From: an uncultured Verrucomicrobiae bacterium
GTDB lineage: Bacteria > Verrucomicrobiota > Verrucomicrobiia > Chthoniobacterales > UBA10450
Assembly: GCA_963758535.1 (NCBI GenBank)
Contig: CAVWVT010000015.1
Span: 202,472-266,471 of the forward strand
Direction of reading: 5' to 3'
DNA: 64,000 nt
The notes below the pieces were generated by a model. That model saw nothing but the letters and a program-made list of their open reading frames with translations, was not told where the DNA came from and did not search any database. The translations under genes were made by a program, and so were the position numbers. Shown piece by piece: positions 20,129-28,017 of this stretch. The first letter of the stretch is position 1; the number at the start of each line of letters is the position of its first letter.

Positions 20129-20244
20129 CTATGCTCTGGGGAGCGCAGGCAGCTTGCCTGCAGTCGTCGGCACCTTGCCGACGACACTCTTTCGGCAAGC
20201 TGCCGAAAAGCACAGGCTGGCAGCCTGCGCTCCCCAGAGCATAG
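20129..20244. repeat. REP/BIME-like palindromic element, family 1 (CTGGGGAGCGCAGGC ends, four internal hairpins)
   Basis: Outer arms CTATGCTCTGGGGAGCGCAGGC / GCCTGCGCTCCCCAGAGCATAG. Internal hairpins GTCGTCGGCAcctTGCCGACGAC and CTTTCGGCAagcTGCCGAAAAG. Reverse orientation relative to the 32256 and 55447 copies. Confidence 0.85.
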
Positions 20245-20291
20245 ATGTCATCCGGCATGACAAACGAAGAAACGCGCCGCATAATCATTTC

Positions 20292-20702
20292 ATGGTCAAC
20301 ATTTCCATTCGTTACGATGGCCACTTGCACTGCTCGGCGACACACGGTCCGTCGCAATCGAAGCTCCCGACCGATGCGCCGACTGATAACAAGGGTAAAG
20401 GAGAATCGTTTTCGCCGACAGATCTCGTCGCGACCGCGCTCGGCACCTGCATTAGCACAACCATGGGAATTAAGGCCGAAAGTCTCGGCGTCGATCTCCG
20501 CGGAATGACGGTGTCGGTAAGAAAGGAAATGTCACAGGACGCTCCGCGCCGGATTGTCGGCTTACCTTCGGAAGTTCACATCCCGCTGCCCGCGAATTCA
20601 CCGCACCGTGAAATTCTCGAACAGACCGCGCTCAATTGTCCCGTGCACAAAAGTCTTCCGCCGGAAATTAATCGCCCCACGAAGTTCTTCTGGGAAGGGT
20701 AG
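20292..20702 (+). CDS. OsmC/Ohr family peroxiredoxin-like protein
   Basis: MVNISIRYDGHLHCSATHGPS...SFSPTDLVATALGTCISTT...LNCPVHKSL. The ATG at 20292 lies downstream of the repeat that inflates ORF 20154. Confidence 0.85.
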   Translation: MVNISIRYDGHLHCSATHGPSQSKLPTDAPTDNKGKGESFSPTDLVATALGTCISTTMGIKAESLGVDLRGMTVSVRKEMSQDAPRRIVGLPSEVHIPLPANSPHREILEQTALNCPVHKSLPPEINRPTKFFWEG

Positions 20703-20789
20703 CGCGTTGGCAGCCGGCGCATCTTGCCTAACGAGAGCAAGGTGCGCAGTTGCCGTTTTGTAGGGAAGGCGCCTCGCTTGTAGTGTTTC

Positions 20790-21839
20790 TTACTGCCCGA
20801 GCACCCAGGCGAAGATCAAGGGCGCGCAAATTGTGGCATCGCTTTCGACCAGGAACTTCGGAGTCGAAGGTGCGAGCTTGCCCCATGTAATTTTCTCGTT
20901 CGGCACAGCGCCGGAGTAGCTTCCGTAGCTCGTCGTCGAATCGCTGATCTGGCAGAAATAACCCCACAGCGGCACGCCGGTGCGCTCAAGATCCTGGTGC
21001 AGCATTGGGACAACGCAGATCGGAAAATCCCCGGCAATGCCGCCGCCGATCTGGAAAAAACCGATTGAGCCCTCTCGGTTGCGCAGCCTCTTCGCGTTTT
21101 TCGTGTAGTAGTCCGCCAGCCAGGTCATGTATTCGATGCCCGGTGCGCACGGTGTGCACGTTCTTCACGTCACCGCGCATCACCGCCGCCGCATACATGT
21201 TACCGAGCGTCGCATCCTCCCAGCCCGGCACGATGATCGGCAGCTTCTTTTCGCAAGCCGCCAACATCCAGGAATGCTTCGGGTCGATCTGATAGCTCTT
21301 CTTCAGCTTTCCGCTTCGAAGAATCTTGTACATAAACTCATGCGGGAAATAATGCTCTCCGGCGCGGTCGGCCGCGATCCACTCTTCGAGCACTACCTTC
21401 TCGATCCGCCGCATCGCCTCCATCTCCGGGATGCACGTGTCGGTCACGCGATTCATGTGCCGGGCGAGCAGTTGCTGCTTCGTCCCGCGGCGTAAGCTGC
21501 CGGTAGTGCGGCACTCGCTCGTAGTGGTCGATGCGCAACGAGATTGAAAATATCCTCTTCGAGGTTCGCGCCGGTGCAGACGATCAGGTGCACCTTTTCG
21601 CGACGGATCATCTCCGCCAACGAGATGCCGAGTTCAGCGGTCGACATTGCGCCCGCGATTGTCATCAACATCTTGCCGCCGGCGGCGAGGTGTTCCTCGT
21701 ATCCCTTGGCGGCGTCGAGCAACGCGGCTGCGTTAAAGTGGCGATAATTCTGCGCGATGAATTTCGAGACGGGACCTTTTCTTGCCGCGAGCGTGGCGTT
21801 GATCTCTTCCGGGCTTTTTGCGTGCCGTTTGGCTTTCAT
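20790..21839 (-). pseudogene. Deoxyhypusine synthase-like (homospermidine synthase-like) protein, >=3 frame changes
   Basis: Pieces 21453..21875, 21338..21538, 20986..21456 and 20790..21128 (MKAKRHAKSPEE..., IVCTGANLEEDIFNL, DHYERVPHYRQL, IIVPGWEDATLGNMY, IGFFQIGGGIAGDFPICVVPML). Confidence 0.8.
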
Positions 21840-21856
21840 CGTTTGGGCAACTTGGA

Positions 21857-22798
21857 TCAGGCGGGATACAACCACTTCATGTAATCGGCCACGCCACGCT
21901 CGAGAGAATACTGCGGCTGGTAATCGATCGCGTTGCGAACTTTGCTCAAATCAGCCTGCGTGAAATTCTGGTAGTGCGCGTGCGGATTGTCGATGTAATC
22001 GGCCTCAAAATTGGTGCCTAACGAACGATTAAGAATGTCAATCAGCTCATTGAACGAACGCGCCTGGCCGTAGCCGAGATTGTAAATCCCGCTTTGGCCC
22101 GCTTCGAGGCATCGAATGCTTCCTTCGACGATGTCTTTCACGTAAACGAAGTCGCGCTTCTGTTCGCCATGTTTGAAAATACGCGGCCGCTGTCCCGCTT
22201 TCATCTGCTTCGATAAATGGAAGATCATGCTCGCGGGCACGCCTTTGTGCGCTTCACGCGGGCCGTAGACATTGAAGTAACGCAGACCGACGATAATCCA
22301 GTCCGGACTCTCGTGCGCTGCGCGCCGCGCCAGATTATCCATGATCACTTTGGAAAACGCGTAAACATTCGCGGGCGCGGCGCCATTCGACTCCGTGCTG
22401 GCTTCGCTCGCCGCTCCGTAAGTAGAGGCCGATGACGCGTAGATAACGCGCGTTTTCGTCGGCTTCGCGAAACGCAGCAGTCGTCGAAAACTCTCCACGT
22501 TGTCGTGCACCTGCACGAACTGATCGTGGAGCGTCGTGTCGGTGATGGAAGCGAGATGAAAAATCGCGTCGAACTTTTCGTCGCCGAACTGCTTGTGCCA
22601 ATCGAGCTTTGCCAAATCCTGCGCGATAAAATCGCCGGCGTAACCTTCGAGATTCTTGAAATCGCCCGAACGGAAATCGTCGATGATGGTGAGGCGACCG
22701 CTGGGAAATTTTTCCTGTAACGTAAGAGCAAGGTTCGACCCGATGAAGCCGGCGCCGCCGGTCACGAGCAAATTGAGATTGGATTCGGGCGAAAACAC
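21857..22798 (-). CDS. hldD: ADP-L-glycero-D-manno-heptose 6-epimerase
   Basis: LLVTGGAGFIGSN, YASSASTYG, LRYFNVYGPREAHKG, KRDFVYVKD, YQNFTQADL. The GTG start at 22798 gives ~313 aa. The ORF-track extension to 22987 lies over the riboswitch region. Confidence 0.85.
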   Translation of the reverse strand: MFSPESNLNLLVTGGAGFIGSNLALTLQEKFPSGRLTIIDDFRSGDFKNLEGYAGDFIAQDLAKLDWHKQFGDEKFDAIFHLASITDTTLHDQFVQVHDNVESFRRLLRFAKPTKTRVIYASSASTYGAASEASTESNGAAPANVYAFSKVIMDNLARRAAHESPDWIIVGLRYFNVYGPREAHKGVPASMIFHLSKQMKAGQRPRIFKHGEQKRDFVYVKDIVEGSIRCLEAGQSGIYNLGYGQARSFNELIDILNRSLGTNFEADYIDNPHAHYQNFTQADLSKVRNAIDYQPQYSLERGVADYMKWLYPA

Positions 22799-22899
22799 GA
22801 AAAGAGAGATGCGACTGACTAAATAAATCTTGAACGCCGAAGCGCAAGCCGCTACTTCTGCCGCATTAGTTCTTTGCGAGTTTGACCCCGAAAGCATTC

Positions 22900-23075
22900 G
22901 GGGTTGATCAGTGGATCGGCGCAAGAAATCCCGTGTGAATCGGGAGCAGTTGCGCTGCTGTAACTGGATACGACTTCCCAGGGCCAATCTCCGAAAAGTT
23001 TCGGGGGTGAAGGCGGGAAGAAGGTGTGTGCTTACTCGTTAGGCGCCGCAAGCCAGGAGCCAGAATATTTGCCCG
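22900..23075 (+). promoter_or_regulatory. Cobalamin (B12) riboswitch upstream of the BtuB-like receptor
   Basis: Conserved core AAATCCCGTGTGAATCGGGAGCAGTTGCGCTGCTGTAACTGG, GGGAAG, and B12-box-like CAAGCCAGGAGCC. Correct strand and position for the TonB-dependent receptor at 23469. Confidence 0.7.
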
Positions 23076-23432
23076 CTCCACCTCATTCGTGCGTGTAGAG
23101 GCGCTTGTGTCAAGCGCCTTGGGTTGGATCGGCGTTTGACACAAACGCCGCTACATCCGCCGCACGAAAAAACTTCTTCGCAAAAAGAAGAATGAGAGTC
23201 GTGGACGATTCCGCTTTGGCGACAAGTCCGCCTCTCAACAAATGGAGGAAACTTGTTATGTGGAAATCACGCCGTTCGACTGCGGACTCAGGGAAACTCG
23301 GTTGGAGCGCAGCGCGCTCTCGGTGCGCGGCGATCTGGCAGCCTCGCCATCGCGAACTTGTTTCGGCGATCGCCGACTCTTCAGAGTGGTACAAGGTAAT
23401 ACATCCTCGTTCTCAAGTCTTACGGAAAGAAA

Positions 23433-23481
23433 GTTGCGGCGAGGCGCCGCAACCAGCACGCGAGGCGCGTGCGCTCCCCAG
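23433..23481. repeat. REP hairpin doublet of the RAYT-flanking type
   Basis: GTTGCGGCGaggCGCCGCAAC + GCACGCGaggCGCGTGC + GCTCCCCAG. Same architecture and orientation as the right arm of the alaS REPtron. Overlaps the receptor start codon. Confidence 0.8.
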
Positions 23482-25381
23482 AGTCGTGGCGCTACACACA
23501 GCTATTGGCGCTCGCCCTTGTGAGTGCTCTTTCATCTTCAATCTGCTACGCGCAAGATGCGACACCGTCGCCTTCTCCCACGCCGGCTGAAACGGAAAAC
23601 GCGTCCATAGTTGTCAGCGCGACGCGTATTCCGATTCCGGAAGAGAATTCTCCCGCGACGATCAGCGTGATTTCCGCGGAAGATTTGGAGCAAAAACAAA
23701 TCGAACGTGTTGCCGACGCGTTGCGCGAAGTGCCCGGGCTCTCGGTCGTGCAGACCGGAACACCTGGTCAACTCACGTCTGTCTTCACGCGCGGTTTGCG
23801 CAGCCAACACACGCAAGTGCTGCTCGATGGCATTCCGATTAATCAAGGTCTGCAGGGCGCATTTGATTTTGCCAGCCTGACGACGGACAACATCGATCGA
23901 ATCGAAATTGTCCGCGGTCCGCAAAGCACGATCTACGGTCCGCGAGCGCTCGCGGGTGTGATTCAAATCTTCACCAAGCAGGGAAATGGAACTCCCACCG
24001 CTGAAGCAACTGCGGAAGGAGGATCATACGGAACTTTCCGTGAAGCGCTGCAAAGCTCCGGTTCCTGGCAGCAATTCGACTATTCGTTAGGCTTGAGCCG
24101 ACTCGATACTGACAACGCCCGACCGAACAATCAGTATCGGCTCAGCAATGGCATTGCCAATGTCGGTTGGTCCCCTAACGAGCAACTACGGATCAGCAGT
24201 TTGTTTCTCTATTCAAATGCAGATACGGGAAATCCGAACACCATCTTCAGCCCGAAACCGCTCGATAATTTTCTGACCGAAAAGTGGCTCGTCGCGCCGC
24301 ATGTCGATTTCAAACCGGTCGATTGGTGGGAGCACAAATTCATTCTTAGTTACGATCACGAGCGGCAGCTGAACGATCCGAACGACGATGGGTTTGTCGG
24401 ACCGACGCGCGCATTATTTGAACGAACAACGGTCGATTATCAGAACGATCTGCGACCAGCGTCGTGGCTAACTCTCACAAGCGGATTTTTCTACAGCCGC
24501 GTCAATGCAGGGCAGGAACGTCCTTTCGTTTCGCAGGCTTTCGGTCCGCAGCCGAAATTTCTCAGCGATCACACAAATGAGGTCGCGGGATTTCTGCAAG
24601 CGAGTGTGATGCCGCTCGATGGATTGAACCTGGTTGCCGGTGGACGCTACGATCACTTCAATCAATTCGGCGATGTTTGGACTTATCGCGTGGCGGGAAG
24701 TTACCTGGTCAAACCAACCGACACGACGCTGCATGCGAGTTACGCTACCGGTTTCAGCCCACCGAGCAGCCAGGATAAAATCTTCGGGAATAATTTTGGA
24801 TTGGAGCCGGAACGCGATCGCGGCTTTGACGCAGGAATTGAGCAGCGCTTTTGCAACGGTCGCGTGCGAATCGGCGCGACTTACTTTCACAATCATTTGT
24901 CGAATATCATTGGGTTCAATGGACTGTTCGACACTTTGAATCTTGGTGCGGCGCGCACGCAGGGTTTGGAATTCGAAGCGCACGTTACGCCGATCAGCAA
25001 TCTCACTTTCTCAGCGAGCTACACGTATCTTGATGCGGAAAAAACTTCAGTCGCCGACATTTCGCAATTGCAGGGCGCGCGATTGCCGCGCCGGCCGCGC
25101 AATGAAGTTTACGTCTCCGCGTCCTATCTTTGGTGCAAGAAATTGCGCACGACCGCCGAGGCGAAGTTTGTTAATGCGCGCGAGGAATTGAGTTTCGGTG
25201 CGCCGAATTTCGATATTGAAGATTATTCATTCGTGAATTTCGCGGCCGAATACGAAGTGAATTCGCACATGTCTCCGTTTTCGGCCGGGTCGACAATTTA
25301 ACGAACGAACATTACTCGGAAGTGTTCGGTTTTCCCGCGCTCGGCCGCGCGGCGTATGGCGGAGTGAAGGTTCGGTTTTAA
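23469..25381 (+). pseudogene. TonB-dependent receptor, BtuB-like (vitamin B12 uptake), one frame change ~25276 near the 3' end
   Basis: Signal peptide, plug (IVVSATRIPIPEENSPATISVISAEDLE, VPGLSVVQTG) and barrel. The canonical C-terminus VFGRVDNLTNEHYSEVFGFPALGRAAYGGVKVRF* is reached only after a 1-nt shift at a CC run. Confidence 0.85.
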
Positions 25382-25493
25382 TTTGCCCCGCTGCCATCCC
25401 CGAATTTCTCAATTCCCGGCCCTGCGTATTGACGCCGCAGCCAGCCTCGGAAACAGTAAGTGAACCGCTTCGTGGTTACACAAACCATCGACC

Positions 25494-26342
25494 ATGTCCC
25501 TCAAACTTTCTGACAAGAAACTGGCTGTGCTCGGCATTGGCAAGCTGGGTGGCATCCTGCTGCGTGCGTACCTGAAGCAAGGACTGTTTTTAGCCAAGCG
25601 CGTTACCGCGACTGTGAAGCACGCGGAAAAGGCAGCCGCGCTTGCAAAAGAGCTAGGCGTCGCCGTAACAAACGACAATCGCAAGGCCGTGAAAGGTGCC
25701 GACATCATTCTGCTGAGCGTAAAGCCCCAAGCCGTGACGGAGCTGTTGAAGGAGATCGCTCCTGAAATTGGCGCCAAGACGCTGGTTCTTTCCGTCGCGG
25801 CTTCCGTGCCAACGAGCTATCTGGAGCAGCAGCTGGCTGCGGCAAGTGGCCGCGAGGGTAACAAAGTGGCGGTCGTTCGAGCGATGCCAAACACACCCGC
25901 CGCTATCGGCTGCGGCATGACGGGAATTTGTCGAGGTGCTCATGCGGGGCCAGCCGATGTCGAAATTGCTCGGACCATGTTTGACGCTGTGGGCCGTACC
26001 GTTGTGGTCGATGAAAAGAACATGGACGCAGTGACGGGTCTTTCGGCGAGCGGGCCTGCGTTCGTATACATTATTCTGGAATCGCTTGCCGAAGCCGGCG
26101 TGAAGGTTGGTTTACCGCGCGATGTGGCCACCCTTCTAGCGGCGCAGACCATGAAGGGTGCGGCGAGTGTTGTTTTGGAAACCGGCGACCATCCCGCGCT
26201 TCTAAAGGACGCTGTCACCACGCCGGCCGGCTGCACTATTGACGGCATCCTTGAACTCGAAGACGGGAAACTCCGCGTTACGCTAATCAAGGCGGTCGTC
26301 AAGGCCACGAGCCGCGCCGGCGAACTGCTATTTGAAAAGTAG
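25494..26342 (+). CDS. proC: Pyrroline-5-carboxylate reductase
   Basis: KLAVLGIGKLGGIL..., ILLSVKPQ, VRAMPNTPAAIGCGMT, TTPAGCTIDGI. 282 aa. Confidence 0.93.
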   Translation: MSLKLSDKKLAVLGIGKLGGILLRAYLKQGLFLAKRVTATVKHAEKAAALAKELGVAVTNDNRKAVKGADIILLSVKPQAVTELLKEIAPEIGAKTLVLSVAASVPTSYLEQQLAAASGREGNKVAVVRAMPNTPAAIGCGMTGICRGAHAGPADVEIARTMFDAVGRTVVVDEKNMDAVTGLSASGPAFVYIILESLAEAGVKVGLPRDVATLLAAQTMKGAASVVLETGDHPALLKDAVTTPAGCTIDGILELEDGKLRVTLIKAVVKATSRAGELLFEK

Positions 26343-26414
26343 GCGCGTGCCGGAAGGGAAGAATCGCGGCGGTTCATCGCAGGCATCGCAGCTGCGCCTG
26401 CCATCGTTGCCCTT

Positions 26415-26439
26415 GTCATTCCGAGCGAAGTCGAGGAAT
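26415..26439. repeat. Solo arm of family-2 element
   Basis: GTCATTCCGAGCGAAGTCGAGGAAT, identical to the left arm at 26611. No partner arm nearby. Confidence 0.6.
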
Positions 26440-26504
26440 GGAGCGAGCGAGGCGAGCGACATGGACGGTTGCGCTGCGAGGGTAGCAGCGAGAGAGTCGG
26501 GAGA

Positions 26505-26599
26505 CGAACGAACAACCTGACCGGGAGCATTACGCCGAGGTTTTCGGTTTCCCCGCGCTCGGCCGCGCGGGTTATGGCGGAGTAAAGTTGCGGTTCTGA
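26505..26599 (+). pseudogene. Relic of a TonB-dependent receptor 3' end (~30 codons)
   Basis: Encodes ...NNLTG/EHYAEVFGFPALGRAGYGGVKLRF*, closely similar at DNA level to 25283-25381. No upstream barrel sequence. Confidence 0.7.
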
Positions 26600-26610
26600 C
26601 GCTGCTTCTT

Positions 26611-26682
26611 GTCATTCCGAGCGAAGTCGAGGAATCTCTTACTGTTCGGCGAAAAGAGATGTCTCGACTTCGCTCGAATGAC
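26611..26682. repeat. Family-2 inverted-repeat element
   Basis: GTCATTCCGAGCGAAGTCGAGGAATCTCT ... AGAGATGTCTCGACTTCGCTCGAATGAC. The right arm contains the upstream ATG of the rmuC ORF. Confidence 0.8.
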
Positions 26683-26685
26683 GGA

Positions 26686-27897
26686 ATGTTGGACTCGCAT
26701 ATCTATCTAATTGCTGGCCTGGTTCTCGGCGCCGCCGTTGCCGGTTGTTTTTTCTTTCTCACGCGCCGCAATCGGTCAGGCGAGTCGGAATTATTGCAGC
26801 GCCTGGAATTGCTCGATCGCGCGCAGGAGCGCGCGGAGCGGATGTTGCGCGAGGAGATGTCGCGTGGCCGCGAAGAAAATGCGACTGCCGCAAAAACCCA
26901 ACGTGATGAGTTGACCGCGTCTCTCGAAAGTGTGCGGTCGATTGTCGATCTGCGTTTGAAACAATTGCAGGACGACAATTCCAAACAAATCGACAAGATG
27001 CGCGCCACCGTTGATGAAAAATTGCAGGGAACGCTCGAGCGCCGCCTTGGCGAATCGTTCAAGCTCGTAAGCGATCGGCTGGAACAAGTGCATCAGGGGC
27101 TCGGCGCAATGCAGCAACTCGCGAGTGACGTCGGCGGTTTGCAAAAAGTCTTGAGCAATGTGAAGACGCGCGGCGGCTGGGGGGAAGTGCAGCTCGGCGC
27201 GTTGCTCGAGCAGGTGCTGACGCAGGATCAATTTGCTCGAAATGTGAAGCTGCGGCCGGAGAGTGGTGAACGCGTCGATTTCGCGATCAAGCTACCGGGC
27301 GACGAAAATGGTGCGCCCGTCTGGTTGCCGATCGATGCAAAATTTCCGACGGAAGATTATCAACGTCTCATCGAAGCGCAGGAGAAAGGAAATGTGCCGG
27401 CGATCGATGAAGCGATGAAAAGTCTGGAAACGGAATTGAAACGCGGCGCGAAAGATATTTGCGCGAAGTATATCAATCCGCCGAGAACAACGGATTTCGC
27501 GCTGATGTTTTTGCCGACGGAAGGATTGTACGCGGAAGCGATACGGCGCGTCGGTTTGGTGGAACAGGTGCAGCGCGATTGCAAAGTAGTCTTCGCTGGA
27601 CCGACGACACTGGTCGCGCTGCTCAACAGTTTGCAGATGGGATTCCGAACGCTCGCGATCCAAAAACGCTCGAGTGAAGTCTGGAATTTGCTCGCCGGAG
27701 TGAAATCGGAATTCGGAAAATTTGGCGAAGCGTTGGCAGCAGTGCGGGACAAACTCGATCAGGCGGCGCGCAAGATGGAAGATGTCGATGTGCGTTCGCG
27801 GGCTCTGACACGAAAATTACGCGATGTGGAAGAACTTCCGTCAAATCCGCAGCCGATGCTGCGAGAGTTGATCTCACCAGAGGAAGGGGAGGATTAA
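26686..27897 (+). CDS. rmuC: DNA recombination protein RmuC
   Basis: N-terminal TM helix, long coiled-coil, then the RmuC C-terminal domain (FALMFLPTEGLYAE, VVFAGPTTLVALLNSLQMGF). The ATG at 26686 is preferred over 26659, which lies inside the repeat. Confidence 0.85.
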   Translation: MLDSHIYLIAGLVLGAAVAGCFFFLTRRNRSGESELLQRLELLDRAQERAERMLREEMSRGREENATAAKTQRDELTASLESVRSIVDLRLKQLQDDNSKQIDKMRATVDEKLQGTLERRLGESFKLVSDRLEQVHQGLGAMQQLASDVGGLQKVLSNVKTRGGWGEVQLGALLEQVLTQDQFARNVKLRPESGERVDFAIKLPGDENGAPVWLPIDAKFPTEDYQRLIEAQEKGNVPAIDEAMKSLETELKRGAKDICAKYINPPRTTDFALMFLPTEGLYAEAIRRVGLVEQVQRDCKVVFAGPTTLVALLNSLQMGFRTLAIQKRSSEVWNLLAGVKSEFGKFGEALAAVRDKLDQAARKMEDVDVRSRALTRKLRDVEELPSNPQPMLRELISPEEGED

Positions 27898-27903
27898 CGG
27901 ATT

Positions 27904-28016
27904 GGAAGTCAGCCATCCTGGCTGACTCGGCGGACAAGCTTCCAGCTTGTTCTCTGTATTTATTGATCGACGGCCTGGAAGGCCGTCGGCCGAGTCAGGC
28001 TGGAAGCCCGACCTCC
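27904..28016. repeat. Cluster of four hairpins (GTCAGCCAtccTGGCTGAC type), family 4
   Basis: Two hairpins with TCC loops and two with GGA loops, giving overall dyad symmetry. Fills the whole gap between the convergent rmuC and DUF885 stops. Confidence 0.8.
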
Positions 28017-28017
28017 A

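Noticed and set aside
23105-23590. ORF 23105..23590 (161 aa) and neighbours might be genes in the hldD/btuB intergenic region.
   Set aside because: They span the riboswitch leader and the REP doublet, have no family resemblance, and run into the receptor signal-peptide region in another frame.
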